From: a virus
Taxonomy: Duplodnaviria > Caudoviricetes
Strand: one strand, 5' to 3'
DNA: 53,871 nucleotides
Virus record (IMG/VR): IMGVR_UViG_3300043672_000021
Coordinates: 1 to 53,871 of that record
In this document: piece by piece, positions 18,095 through 28,059 of the stretch
Position numbering within the stretch: position 1 is the stretch's first letter
Layout of the letters: the number at the start of each line of letters is the position of its first letter
Translations under genes and position numbers: made by a program
The notes under the pieces: generated by a model
What the model saw: the letters and a program-made list of their open reading frames with translations, nothing else
What the model was told of the DNA's origin: nothing
Database searches by the model: none

Positions 18095-18531
18095 AGCTGA
18101 TCTACACGCCTCAAGGCGCTCCCGAGCGGGAATGGACGATCATCCCGACGGAACTGCTCTCGTTCCAGTCGGACTGGCTTGAAGAGGCCGGTGGCGACAC
18201 CTGGGAGTCCTACGACGAGTGGGCCCGGCTGTGCTGGTCCGGCTCCCGCAAGGCGATCCGGGCACTGCTGTACGTGATGCTGCGGACCGAGCAGCCGGGC
18301 CTGCGTTTCGCGCACCTGGTGACCCGGATCAACGAGGTGCGGGTGGAGTGGGAGCGGGTCGACCTGGACGTCGAGGCGACTCGTCAGCGGATCGAGAATG
18401 ATCCGGATCTGACCGAGGAGCGGCGCGCGGAAATGCTGGCGGAGCTGGCGGACCCAAAAGACGACCCGGATGGTTCCGAGGACGAGCCGGCCGATTCCGT
18501 GACCAGCGAGCCGGATACCGCTTCGACATAG
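18091..18531 (+). CDS. Tail assembly chaperone (gpG-like)
   Basis: Upstream of tape measure, acidic C-terminus, contains C CCA AAA slippery site. Confidence 0.8.
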   Translation: MKLIYTPQGAPEREWTIIPTELLSFQSDWLEEAGGDTWESYDEWARLCWSGSRKAIRALLYVMLRTEQPGLRFAHLVTRINEVRVEWERVDLDVEATRQRIENDPDLTEERRAEMLAELADPKDDPDGSEDEPADSVTSEPDTAST

Positions 18532-18629
18532 CCCATCTGCTGCACACCTCACTTCGCGAGCAGGACCGCTGGTCGATGACCGAACACGACGCGGCCTGCG
18601 ACTGGATCGACGATTTCCGGAAGAGGTGA
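18453..18629 (+). CDS. -1 frameshift extension of tail chaperone (gpT-like)
   Basis: X XXY YYZ heptamer C CCA AAA at 18453-18459; -1 frame open to TGA 18627-18629 encoding YRFDIAHLLH...CDWIDDFRKR. Confidence 0.8.
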   Translation, partial: PKRRPGWFRGRAGRFRDQRAGYRFDIAHLLHTSLREQDRWSMTEHDAACDWIDDFRKR

Positions 18630-18635
18630 ATCCAG

Positions 18636-19112
18636 TTGTCTCAGGTGGAATTGCGCGGGGCCGCAGATCAGTTCACGGCGCTGTCGCGCAGGCTGAAGCA
18701 GGCCGCGAACAAGGATCTGAATCGGGAGCTCACCCGGGCCCTGAACCGATCGGTGCTGCCCCTGAAGCGGGCGCTGCCGGAGTCCGCCCGGGCGACGCTG
18801 CCGCGGCGTGGGGGGTTGGCCGACAGGGTGGCTGCTTCCAAGATCGGACTGCGCAGGTCCGACAACGCCAAGGGCAACGGGATTCGGCTGGTCGCGAGAA
18901 ACCAGTACCAACTGGGCCAGATGGACCGGGGCATCGTCCGTCACCCGGTGTTCAAGCGGAAGGGCGAGGAGCGTCGCCGCACGGTGTGGATGGCTCAGCG
19001 CATCACCCCTGGGTGGTTCTCCGGCCCGGCCGAGGAACTCGCCCCGCTCGCCCGCCGGGAATGCGCCGCGGCCCTTGATCGGATCAAGGCGCAGTTGGAC
19101 GCGTCGCTGTGA
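18636..19112 (+). CDS. HK97 gp10-like tail completion / neck protein
   Basis: Basic helical protein, LPRRGGL, VRHPVF, W..Q...PGWF. Confidence 0.7.
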   Translation: MSQVELRGAADQFTALSRRLKQAANKDLNRELTRALNRSVLPLKRALPESARATLPRRGGLADRVAASKIGLRRSDNAKGNGIRLVARNQYQLGQMDRGIVRHPVFKRKGEERRRTVWMAQRITPGWFSGPAEELAPLARRECAAALDRIKAQLDASL

Positions 19113-22093
19113 CGTCGTTATTCCTTGACCTGTTCTTCCGCGATCACGGAGTTCGCCGCGGCCTCAATGATGTCGGCAACGACACGGATCGTGCGCGCCA
19201 GCATGCCGAGAAGTTCAGCGCAGCCACGGCGGCCGGTGCGGCCGTGGCGGCGGCAGCGATCTTCAAGTTCGGATCCGACTCGGTCAAGGCGTACACCGAG
19301 GCCCAGCAATCAAGCCTGCGGCTGCATGAGGCGTTCCGGAAGTTCCCGGCGCTGGCCAGCACGAATCAGGCCGCGCTTGAAGGCCTGAACTCTGAGCTGG
19401 CCAAGAAGACCCGATTCGACGATGACGCCACCGCGAGCGGGCAAGCCGTCCTCGCCCAGTTCAAGCTGACCGGCACCCAGATCACCGAGCTCACCCCGCT
19501 CATGCAGGACTACGCCGCGAAGACCGGGAAGGATATCCCGGCCGCGGCCACCGTCCTTGGTAAAGCGATGCTCGGCCAGGGCAAAGCCCTGAAAGGTATC
19601 GGCATCAGCTTCAAGGACGCCGGTTCCACGGGGGCGAACTTTGATCAGGTCATGGCCGGACTGCGCACCCAGGTCGGGGGTTTCGCGGAACAGGAAGGCA
19701 AGACCGCGGCTGGGCAAGCGGAGATCCTGAAAAACCAGTTCGGGGAATTGCAGGAAGCGGTCGGAGAGAAACTGCTACCTGCATTGCTGAAGGCCAGTCA
19801 GGCCGGGCTGGGGTTCCTGCACTTCATCGAAGCGAACGCTGCAGTTATCGGCCCGCTGACGGCGGGTGTGATTGGGCTTGGCGTTGCGGTGTGGACGGTC
19901 AACAAGGCTGTGGCCGCCGCGACCGCCGTGCAGTCGGCATGGACGACCGTTACTGCGGCGGCCACAGCCGGCACCGGCCTTCACACGGTAGCCCTGTACC
20001 AGATGGCCGCCGCAGGGAAAGCCGTGGGCGCTTCGATGGCGGTGGCGGCGGTAGCCGTCGGCGCGGTATGGGCGGGCGACAAGGTCGGCCAGTGGCAGGC
20101 CGGCACGGCCAGCGTTGCGGCGATGACGAAGGCGATGCAGGCGAACGCTGGACAGTCGAAGTTGTCCGCTCAGGAAATCTCCTTGTTCTCCGACAAGGGA
20201 ATTCTGGGGCTCGGCAAGGACAGTCTCACCACGAAGGATGCCCTGGACCGGTTCGGAGTGTCGGCCTTCAATGCCCTCGATCAGGGATGGGACGCCCGGC
20301 TTGGTCGTTGGCAGTCGTTCGGGTCGGCGGAGTCGAAGTTTCAGAAGCAGACCGAACAACTGGACGCCGCGCTCGCGGGGATGGCCCGGGGCGGGAACCT
20401 GGCGGGCGCCCAGCAACAGATGCGGATGTACGAGGACGCCGCCGAGAAGGCGGGGGTTCCGCTTGCGAGTCTGCGCAAGATGTTCCCGCAGTACGCGGCG
20501 GCGGTCAGCGCGTCGATCCCACCGGTCAACGAAGCCGAAGCGGCTGTCAACAAGCACAACGAAGCGATCGAAGAGAACATCAAGGATCTTGGGAAAAACG
20601 CTCAGGCGCTGCTGAAATCCCGGGGTTCGCACAACGCGTACGAGTCGGCTGTTGATGACGCGACGAAAGCACTGAAAGAGAACGGCCGCACCCTCGACGT
20701 GCACACCGACAAGGGCCGCGCGAACCGGTCCGTTCTCGACCGGGTCGCGTCCAGCACCCTCGAATGGCGCGATGCCGCGAAAGAAGCCGGTGCGTCGCAG
20801 AAACGCCAGACGCAGATCACGGAACTCGGACGGGCCGAGCTCGTGCGGATGGCCCGCCGCTTCGGGCTGTCCCGGACGGCGGCGCGAGAGTACGCCCGTG
20901 AGGTGCTGGGGATCCCGAAGCGGGTGTCCTCCACCATCAGCCTGTCCCTGAAGAACGGGATCCCGAAAACCCTGTATGGCGTGCGGGTCGGCGGCGGGCA
21001 GGGTTCCACCCGCGGCGGGATCACGTTCGGGTCTGCGAAGGGTGGCCCGATCCGGGGACCGGGAACGGAAACCAGCGACAGCATTTACACCACCGGGCCG
21101 GTCACTGGCGCCCGGTACGCGTTGTCGAACAACGAGCATGTGTGGACCGCGCTGGAGGTCCGTGCGGTCGGCGGGCACGAGCGGATGGCCGAGATGCGCC
21201 GGGCCGCGGTGCGGGGGTATGCCGGCGGCGGCCCTGTGTTCGCTGCCCAGCTCGGTCGCGGGGAGGCGCAGATCGCTGCCGGCACGAGCTCGCGGGTGGG
21301 CGACGTGCTGCGCAAGATCGCCGAGAAGGCCATCGGGTTCAACCCGTCATTGAGCGGGGCGCTGAACTTCGCTCGCGCTCAGGTCGGCAAGCCCTACATC
21401 TGGGGTGGCGTCGGCCCCCGCGGCTACGACTGCTCCGGTGCGATGAGCGCCCTGCTGAACGTCGTGCAGGGACGCAACCCGTACAGTCGCCGGTTCGCCA
21501 CGGGCTCGTTCCCGTCGGCCGGGTTCGTTCCTGGGTTCGGGTCCTTCGCGATCGGCTCCCGCCGGGGAGCCCCCGGGCACATGGCCGGGACGATCAACGG
21601 CGTCAACGTCGAGTCGTCCGGGTCCGCCGGCTTTCACATGGGCCGGTCCGCGCGAGGTGCTCGGCACCCGATGTTCACCGGCGTCTACCACCTCCGCGGG
21701 TATGCCCGGGGTGGCCCGGTGATCGGCGACGGCCCGTACGACCTGCTGAACCCGGACGGCGACGACTACTTGGGCGACCGGGCCCGGAAGATGTTCCTGG
21801 CTGACCGCGGCGGCATCATCCGCTCCGGCTCTGGAGCCCTGAATCGGTCCGGCAGCGACGAGCGGATGTTGTCCCCAGCGCAGACCCGGTCGTTCGACCG
21901 GCTGACCCGCGTGCTGGATCGCCGTCCGACCATCGTCTCCGGCAGCTCGGATAGCCAGGAGATCGACTACGCCCGCCTCGGCGACCAGGTGGCCCAGGCG
22001 TTCATCCGGGCCGGCATCACGGTCAAGATGGACGGCCGTGCCGTCGGCACCGTCCTGGGGACCACATCGAGTCTCCTCGGAAGGGCTGGCTGA
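19109..22093 (+). CDS. Tape measure protein with NlpC/P60 peptidoglycan hydrolase domain
   Basis: 994 aa Ala-rich helical ORF; AQVGKPYIWGG..PRGYDCSG and PGHMAG; GGPIRGPGTETSDSI. Confidence 0.93.
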   Translation: MTSLFLDLFFRDHGVRRGLNDVGNDTDRARQHAEKFSAATAAGAAVAAAAIFKFGSDSVKAYTEAQQSSLRLHEAFRKFPALASTNQAALEGLNSELAKKTRFDDDATASGQAVLAQFKLTGTQITELTPLMQDYAAKTGKDIPAAATVLGKAMLGQGKALKGIGISFKDAGSTGANFDQVMAGLRTQVGGFAEQEGKTAAGQAEILKNQFGELQEAVGEKLLPALLKASQAGLGFLHFIEANAAVIGPLTAGVIGLGVAVWTVNKAVAAATAVQSAWTTVTAAATAGTGLHTVALYQMAAAGKAVGASMAVAAVAVGAVWAGDKVGQWQAGTASVAAMTKAMQANAGQSKLSAQEISLFSDKGILGLGKDSLTTKDALDRFGVSAFNALDQGWDARLGRWQSFGSAESKFQKQTEQLDAALAGMARGGNLAGAQQQMRMYEDAAEKAGVPLASLRKMFPQYAAAVSASIPPVNEAEAAVNKHNEAIEENIKDLGKNAQALLKSRGSHNAYESAVDDATKALKENGRTLDVHTDKGRANRSVLDRVASSTLEWRDAAKEAGASQKRQTQITELGRAELVRMARRFGLSRTAAREYAREVLGIPKRVSSTISLSLKNGIPKTLYGVRVGGGQGSTRGGITFGSAKGGPIRGPGTETSDSIYTTGPVTGARYALSNNEHVWTALEVRAVGGHERMAEMRRAAVRGYAGGGPVFAAQLGRGEAQIAAGTSSRVGDVLRKIAEKAIGFNPSLSGALNFARAQVGKPYIWGGVGPRGYDCSGAMSALLNVVQGRNPYSRRFATGSFPSAGFVPGFGSFAIGSRRGAPGHMAGTINGVNVESSGSAGFHMGRSARGARHPMFTGVYHLRGYARGGPVIGDGPYDLLNPDGDDYLGDRARKMFLADRGGIIRSGSGALNRSGSDERMLSPAQTRSFDRLTRVLDRRPTIVSGSSDSQEIDYARLGDQVAQAFIRAGITVKMDGRAVGTVLGTTSSLLGRAG

Positions 22094-22095
22094 GC

Positions 22096-23502
22096 GTGGG
22101 CAATGAGCGCGTGCAGTTCGTGGACTCGATCGTCGAGACGGCCACCGTCCGGCTGAGCCTGACGACAGCGCCATGGCGGGTGCTGTTCGTCGGGACCGAC
22201 GTCAGCCCACCGCAACTGCGGCGGGCCACCGTCTCGACGATGCTTGCCGACGGGGCACTGATCCCCGCGGTCGCCTACGACAACCGGGTGGTGCGCCTGC
22301 ACCTGCAGCTCGACGACAAGACCCCGGCTGCCGCCGCGACTGCGTTGCAGGCTCTGCGCCGGGAGCTGGACCGGCCCTCGAACATCCTGCGCTGGCAGCC
22401 GGAGCCGACGCTCTCGCCGGTCTACTTCAAGACGTTCAGGTCCCCGGACACCGTCGATGCGATCGACCATGGGATCAACCTGTTCGACTTCACCTGTGAG
22501 ATCCCGGCCGAGCCGTTCTCGCTCGGCCACCGCGTCGACGTCACTCCGGTCGCGGTCTCCAACGACCCGAACGCCGGTGCGTCGGGACGGTTCATGGACA
22601 TCACCGCACCGCAGGGCGACACCGAGACGCCGCTGCGGATCTCGGTGACCGGCTCGGCCGTGGCCTCAAGGCAGGGCCTGTTCGCGATGCGGCGCCGCGG
22701 CACGGTGTCCTCGCTGCCGCTGTTCACCCAGTGCGAGACCCTCACCCAGGGCACCGACACCTCAGTGACCGGCGCGACCGACGGGACCGGCGGCGGGGCC
22801 TCGCCGTCCGGCGCCGGCTCGAACTCCTCGGCAACCACGTTCGCCACGAACACCCTCACGCCCGTCAGGTTGTCCACCACGGCGTTCCCGACGACGCCGA
22901 GTGTGGATGTGCGCGGCACCTACCGCGTCTTCGTCAGGGTCCGCCCTGCGACCGCGGGCGGCATCTTCCAGATCAAGCTGGAGCACGGGATCCGCGCGAT
23001 CCAGAACGCCACCGTCACCACGACGGTCACGACCACCACCTACACGATGGTCGACCTGGGCCTGGTGCAGATCCCGGAGGGCATCGACCCGATCACCGAC
23101 GGCCCGGGTGGCGCGACGCTGGCCGTCGTCGGGATCCCGATCAAGCTGTACGCCCAGCGCACCGGGGGCAGCGGCAACCTCAACTGGGACTGCCTCTACT
23201 TCATCCCAGCCGACGACCGGCTGTGCCTGGTGTCCTGGGGCTCCACCGCCCCGACCAGCTTCGTCCTGGACGGGATCAGCCGGACCATCTACGGCATCGA
23301 CGGGTCCGGGCGGATCGCCGACATCGGGCAGACGGCGTTCTCCGGCGACTTCCCCTCGATCACACCGGGGATCACCAACCGACTGGTGTACATCAACGAC
23401 ACCACCCCGAACCCCGGCTCGTCCGACGCCGTCAGCACCTCGGTCACCCTGACCGCCAGCTACTGGCCGCGATACCTTTCCGTCCGCCCGGTGGGCACGT
23501 AA
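22096..23502 (+). CDS. Distal tail / minor tail protein
   Basis: Directly after tape measure; AEPFSLG, GDTETPLR, PRYL; T/G-rich. Confidence 0.8.
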   Translation: MGNERVQFVDSIVETATVRLSLTTAPWRVLFVGTDVSPPQLRRATVSTMLADGALIPAVAYDNRVVRLHLQLDDKTPAAAATALQALRRELDRPSNILRWQPEPTLSPVYFKTFRSPDTVDAIDHGINLFDFTCEIPAEPFSLGHRVDVTPVAVSNDPNAGASGRFMDITAPQGDTETPLRISVTGSAVASRQGLFAMRRRGTVSSLPLFTQCETLTQGTDTSVTGATDGTGGGASPSGAGSNSSATTFATNTLTPVRLSTTAFPTTPSVDVRGTYRVFVRVRPATAGGIFQIKLEHGIRAIQNATVTTTVTTTTYTMVDLGLVQIPEGIDPITDGPGGATLAVVGIPIKLYAQRTGGSGNLNWDCLYFIPADDRLCLVSWGSTAPTSFVLDGISRTIYGIDGSGRIADIGQTAFSGDFPSITPGITNRLVYINDTTPNPGSSDAVSTSVTLTASYWPRYLSVRPVGT

Positions 23503-25859
23503 TGGCGCTCGCCGTAGCGTCCTCCACCCAGACGACCCCGGCCGACAGCGCCACGCATGTCGTCACCAAGCCCTCGGGCGTGGCAGACGGCGACTACCTG
23601 ATGGTGTGCGGATCCACCGACCAGGACGGCAACCTGGGGATGCTCGGCGCACCGGACGCGTCCTGGATCAGCATCCACTCCGGCGGGTCCGGTGGTGGCT
23701 CGCCGAACCAGGCCGGCTGGTTCCGGATCTGGTACAAGTACGCAGCCTCCGAGGGTGCGTCCTGGACGTTCACCAGCTCGGCTGCGACGAACAGCCAGTT
23801 CACCGCGCTGCGGATCACCGGTGCGTCCGGTGCCTACGTGGTGGCCACGAATGCGGGCGGCACGACCACCCACTCGACCACGCACCTGGCACCCACCCTC
23901 GGGGCGCTCGGCGCCGGGGACCTTCTGATCTGCGGGTGGCAGATCATCGCCGAGGCCGCGGCCAGCACCTATGTGGCCCAGGGCAGCATGACCCAGCACG
24001 GCACCGCTGGCTCCGTGTCCGGCACCTGGCTGCGGCACCTGGTGGCCTCCGAACTGCTCACCACCGGTGGCCTGACCGGCACCCGGACGATGACGACCAG
24101 CCTGGACCCGCCGAACTGGGGTGACACCACCTGGTCCCTGGTCCTGTCGACGACATTCGTTCCGGCCACCGGGTTCTCACCGGACCAGATCACCGCACGG
24201 GGCATCCCGCTGACGGTTCGGCTGAAGACCCGCCGCAAGGACATGGACGTCACCGCGCAGATCAACGACCTGTCCTTCCGATCATCCATCCCCGGCGGGT
24301 ACGCGTCGTGCCAGATCTCCCTCAACCGACCGCTCGACATCCAGCCGGACGAGATCGAGTACTTCGCAACCCTGTACGTCTACGACGGGCGCAACGGCTC
24401 GACGACCTGGGAGGGCCGCCTGGAGGATCCGGGCCGCGGCGCCGGGGACCAGGGCGAGGTCTGGTCGATCACCGCAGTGGGCCCGAAGGTGCACGCCCAG
24501 GATCTGACGTTCCCGGTGATCTATGTCGACAAGAGCCTGGAACGGTGGAAGCGATCGCGCTACTCCCATCCCAGGGCCGACACGTCCACCTCTGAGATCG
24601 CTGACGACGTGGACTCCCTGATGGTCAGCGTCCCCCAGGGAACGGTGATCGACACGACCTGGGCCGGGGACTGGATCTACCGGCACATCTACTACTGCGG
24701 CCAGCGCCTGGCCCGCGTGCGCTGGGAGCACATCGAAGGCGGTGCCAGCACCAACTACCAGGTGAAGATGTTCACCCGCCAGGGCACCGGCACCGCCCTG
24801 TTCTCCACCGCCCAGAACTGGGCGGTCACCGAGCAGACGATGGCCTGCAACCTGGGGACGGCTTCCTGGGACAACACCGCCGACGTCGTGAGTTACCGTG
24901 CCCAGCGCGACGTCTCGGGAACCACGGCTGATGCGGTGGCCTGGTCGCAGGCGTACAACGTCGTCGTGCGGGCGGTGGTGAAGAACGTCGACGGGTCGGA
25001 CAACCTGTCGACGTCCGGCTACAACGTCAACAACATCGACCCCATCGAGGTCGTGATGGACCTGCTCGGGCGGGCCCTGCCGAAGTACGACGGAGCCAAC
25101 GCCGTGCTGGTCGGCTCGGGTGTCGACATCGACCAGCTGTGCTATCCGGACGGCACCACCGCCGAGCAGATCCTCAACGATCTGGCCCTGTACGACCCCG
25201 GTTTCTACTGGGCCGCATGGGAAACCAACCCGGCGACACTGAAGAACCGATTCGAGTACAAGCCCTGGCCGAGCACCGTCCGGTACGAAGCGGGTATCGA
25301 GGACGGGTTCGACTCACCCGGCTCGGCCAGTGACCTGTACAACGCGGTCCGGGTGCGATACCTGAACCCCAACAACAGCGTTCGCACGATCCGCCGCACG
25401 CAGACTGTGCAGGAACTGACCGATGCCGGGATAACCCGCGAGGCCTACATCGACCTCTCGGACGAGATCGGATCCGTCACCACCGCCGCCTATGTGGGCG
25501 ACAACTTCCTGAACGAGCACCGCTACCCACCCAATGCCGGGACGCTGCGGATCGGCCGGCCGATCATCGACAACGACACCGGGCGCATGGTCCACCCGTG
25601 GGAGATCCTGCCCGGCAACCTTATTCGCGTCCGCGGCGTGCTGCCCCGGGTGGACGCCCTCAACCCGACCAATCGCGACGGCGTGACCGTCTTCCGGGTG
25701 GTCAGCATCGAGTTCTCGATCTCCGACGGGATCGCCGTCCTGGAGCTGGACTCCTACACCCGGACCCTGACCCGCACGGTGGCCGACATCAGCAAGGCCA
25801 TCGGCCACGCCGCCGGCAAGCCGTCGCTGTCCGGCACCTTCAGTTTCCGGAAGAGATGA
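23502..25859 (+). CDS. Minor tail / baseplate hub protein with N-terminal beta domain
   Basis: TAATG overlap; FRSSIPGGYASC, WEGRLED, WEILPG. Confidence 0.8.
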   Translation: MALAVASSTQTTPADSATHVVTKPSGVADGDYLMVCGSTDQDGNLGMLGAPDASWISIHSGGSGGGSPNQAGWFRIWYKYAASEGASWTFTSSAATNSQFTALRITGASGAYVVATNAGGTTTHSTTHLAPTLGALGAGDLLICGWQIIAEAAASTYVAQGSMTQHGTAGSVSGTWLRHLVASELLTTGGLTGTRTMTTSLDPPNWGDTTWSLVLSTTFVPATGFSPDQITARGIPLTVRLKTRRKDMDVTAQINDLSFRSSIPGGYASCQISLNRPLDIQPDEIEYFATLYVYDGRNGSTTWEGRLEDPGRGAGDQGEVWSITAVGPKVHAQDLTFPVIYVDKSLERWKRSRYSHPRADTSTSEIADDVDSLMVSVPQGTVIDTTWAGDWIYRHIYYCGQRLARVRWEHIEGGASTNYQVKMFTRQGTGTALFSTAQNWAVTEQTMACNLGTASWDNTADVVSYRAQRDVSGTTADAVAWSQAYNVVVRAVVKNVDGSDNLSTSGYNVNNIDPIEVVMDLLGRALPKYDGANAVLVGSGVDIDQLCYPDGTTAEQILNDLALYDPGFYWAAWETNPATLKNRFEYKPWPSTVRYEAGIEDGFDSPGSASDLYNAVRVRYLNPNNSVRTIRRTQTVQELTDAGITREAYIDLSDEIGSVTTAAYVGDNFLNEHRYPPNAGTLRIGRPIIDNDTGRMVHPWEILPGNLIRVRGVLPRVDALNPTNRDGVTVFRVVSIEFSISDGIAVLELDSYTRTLTRTVADISKAIGHAAGKPSLSGTFSFRKR

Positions 25860-26623
25860 TTATGAGATTGCGTCCATCCATCGCGGCCGGCGCTGCGGTC
25901 CTGCTGGCCGGCCTGGCGATGGTCGGGCCTGCGGGTGCCGTCCCGGCCCCGATCACCTGCATCGCCCACCGCGGCGGCGCGAACACCCACACCGAGGAGA
26001 CCGAGCAGACCTACACCGACGCCCTGGATGCCGGGGTGATCGAGGTCGAGGGCGACGTCCGCTGGACCAGCACCGGCTACCCGTACCTGCTGCACAACGC
26101 CGACCTGGGCCTGTTCTCGCACCCCACGGTCGATCTCGTCGACATCAGCGGGACGACGGCGACCGGCCCCACCTATGTCTCGGCCACCGGCGACAAGCTG
26201 ATGAGCCTGTACGCGCTGCGTGAGTTGCTGCTGGACCACTCGGGCACCCGGCTGCAGGCGGAGCTGAAGACGACGCTCACTGCGGCGCAGTGGACGATGC
26301 TGGCCAGCCGGCTGGACCCGGTCAGGGCCCGCACGACGATCACCTCATTCTCCAAGGCGACGGTGCAGGCCGCACAGGAGCACGGCTACCGCACCGGCCT
26401 GCTGGCCAGCACCTTCGACCCGACCACCGAGGCCCCGGCGTTCGTCCAGGACTTCGCCACTCTGGAGCCGGACGACGTCGCGATTCATGCCGGCGTCGGG
26501 GTGAGCACGCAGACCTGGACGATCGACACGAGCACCCAGTGGGACGAGGCGGCCGCGGCCGGCGTCACCGCGATCATCACCAACCAGCCGGCCGCGTGCA
26601 TGACCTGGGAGGCTGCCCGATGA
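25856..26623 (+). CDS. Glycerophosphodiester phosphodiesterase (GDPD) with signal peptide
   Basis: IAHRGG, EVEGDVRWT, LLHN.DL, ELK, ITSF, WTID, IITN; N-terminus RLRPSIAAGAAVLLAGLAMVGPAGA. Confidence 0.88.
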   Translation: MIMRLRPSIAAGAAVLLAGLAMVGPAGAVPAPITCIAHRGGANTHTEETEQTYTDALDAGVIEVEGDVRWTSTGYPYLLHNADLGLFSHPTVDLVDISGTTATGPTYVSATGDKLMSLYALRELLLDHSGTRLQAELKTTLTAAQWTMLASRLDPVRARTTITSFSKATVQAAQEHGYRTGLLASTFDPTTEAPAFVQDFATLEPDDVAIHAGVGVSTQTWTIDTSTQWDEAAAAGVTAIITNQPAACMTWEAAR

Positions 26624-27468
26624 TGCTCACCCAGCTGGCCGACGTCGCCCGGCGCACCGGCTATCCGGTGGTCGAGGTGGACCGGTGGAGGACCCGCACC
26701 ACCAAGGACGAGCACGGCGACCCCCGGCAGATGTCCGACATCCGCACCGTGATCGTCCACCACACGGCCAACGGCGGTGCGGGCGGCAACTACCCGTCGC
26801 TGCGCGTGGTCCGCGACGGGCGGCCGGGACTGCAGGGCCCGCTGGCCCAGCTGGGCCTCGGGGTGGACGGCACGATCTACGTGATCGCCGCCGGGCACTG
26901 CAACCATGCCGGCATCAGCCGCAGCCCGGACTTCGAGAACTCCCACGCGATCGGGATCGAGGCCGAGGCGGTCGGGGTGCCGGGAATGCCGGGTGACTGG
27001 CCGCCCGCGCAGATGGACTCCTACGCCCGGCTGTGTGCCGCCCTGGTCGCCGAGTTCGGCCTGTCCGTCCTGGACATCCGCGGGCACAAGGAGACCTGCC
27101 AGCCGCCCAGCAGGAAGTCGGACCCGAGCTTCGGCATGGACCGCTTCCGCGAGCGGGTCGCCGAGGTGGACCTGAAGACCCCACCAGAGGAGGACGACGA
27201 CGTGAAGCTGACCGATGAGGTGGACCTCACCCCGAAGGCCGAGGAACTGCTCGGCGAGAAGACGCTCACCGTGCGGGAACTGCTGCAGTGGCCACCGGGC
27301 GTCCGGGCGGCGCGGGACGATGTCGAGCGGGCCCGTGTCGAGCAGGCGGAGCAGTCGAAGGCTGTGCTGGCCCAGCTGGCCGCGCAGGGCAGGGTGCTGG
27401 CCGAGATCAGCGCCACCCTCAAGGACATCGCCGGCCGTCTGCCGGTCGACCCGCCGCCGCCTGCGTAG
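26620..27468 (+). CDS. Endolysin, N-acetylmuramoyl-L-alanine amidase (Amidase_2)
   Basis: VIVHHTA, GPLAQ, NHAG, IGIEAE, GHKE, RKSDP. Confidence 0.93.
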   Translation: MMLTQLADVARRTGYPVVEVDRWRTRTTKDEHGDPRQMSDIRTVIVHHTANGGAGGNYPSLRVVRDGRPGLQGPLAQLGLGVDGTIYVIAAGHCNHAGISRSPDFENSHAIGIEAEAVGVPGMPGDWPPAQMDSYARLCAALVAEFGLSVLDIRGHKETCQPPSRKSDPSFGMDRFRERVAEVDLKTPPEEDDDVKLTDEVDLTPKAEELLGEKTLTVRELLQWPPGVRAARDDVERARVEQAEQSKAVLAQLAAQGRVLAEISATLKDIAGRLPVDPPPPA

Positions 27469-27511
27469 CCAGCCCTCAGCCCCATCCCTGCCGGCCGGAA
27501 GTGGGGTTGCG

Positions 27512-27841
27512 GTGCCGACGATCGACGCCGACCTGGTCAAGGCGCTCACCCCCGGTGGCCTCCTCCTGCTGCTGGTCCTGCTGATGGCCGCAGCGTTCAT
27601 CAGCGGCCTGATCCGGCCACGCTCGGCCATCAAGGAGGTCCGCGAGGACCGGGACGCCAGACTGGCCGACAAGGACCGGCAGATCGCCGACTGGCGCGAG
27701 GCGCACCGCGAATCGGAGGAGGCGCGCGAGGTGCAGGCAGCGGCGTTGCGAGAGTCCCTCGAGGCGACCCGGGCGACCGCCGAGCTGCTGAAGGCGTGGC
27801 GTGCGGCCGCGGCCCTGTCGCGTGACGAGAGTGAGCGGTGA
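27512..27841 (+). CDS. Membrane protein of lysis cassette (TM + coiled coil)
   Basis: GLLLLLVLLMAAAFISG helix followed by charged helix. Confidence 0.75.
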   Translation: MPTIDADLVKALTPGGLLLLLVLLMAAAFISGLIRPRSAIKEVREDRDARLADKDRQIADWREAHRESEEAREVQAAALRESLEATRATAELLKAWRAAAALSRDESER

Positions 27842-28059
27842 TGAGCTGGATCCGGCGCACCAAGACGCCCGAGCGTGGCGCGGACCTGAGCACCGGTGAC
27901 GACGCCCGCCTGGCCATCGAGCGGGCGCACCGATCCAAGGACGAGGCGGTCCGCAGCCTTCGCCGGATGCGCACCTACACCAGCGAGCTGCGCGAAGAGG
28001 TAGCGATCAACCATCTGGCGCAGGACATCTTCGACGCGATGCGGAGCCGGAAACCATGA
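27838..28059 (+). CDS. Small lysis-region protein
   Basis: GTGA/ATGA overlaps; NHLA motif seen in actinophage lysis regions. Confidence 0.7.
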   Translation: MMSWIRRTKTPERGADLSTGDDARLAIERAHRSKDEAVRSLRRMRTYTSELREEVAINHLAQDIFDAMRSRKP

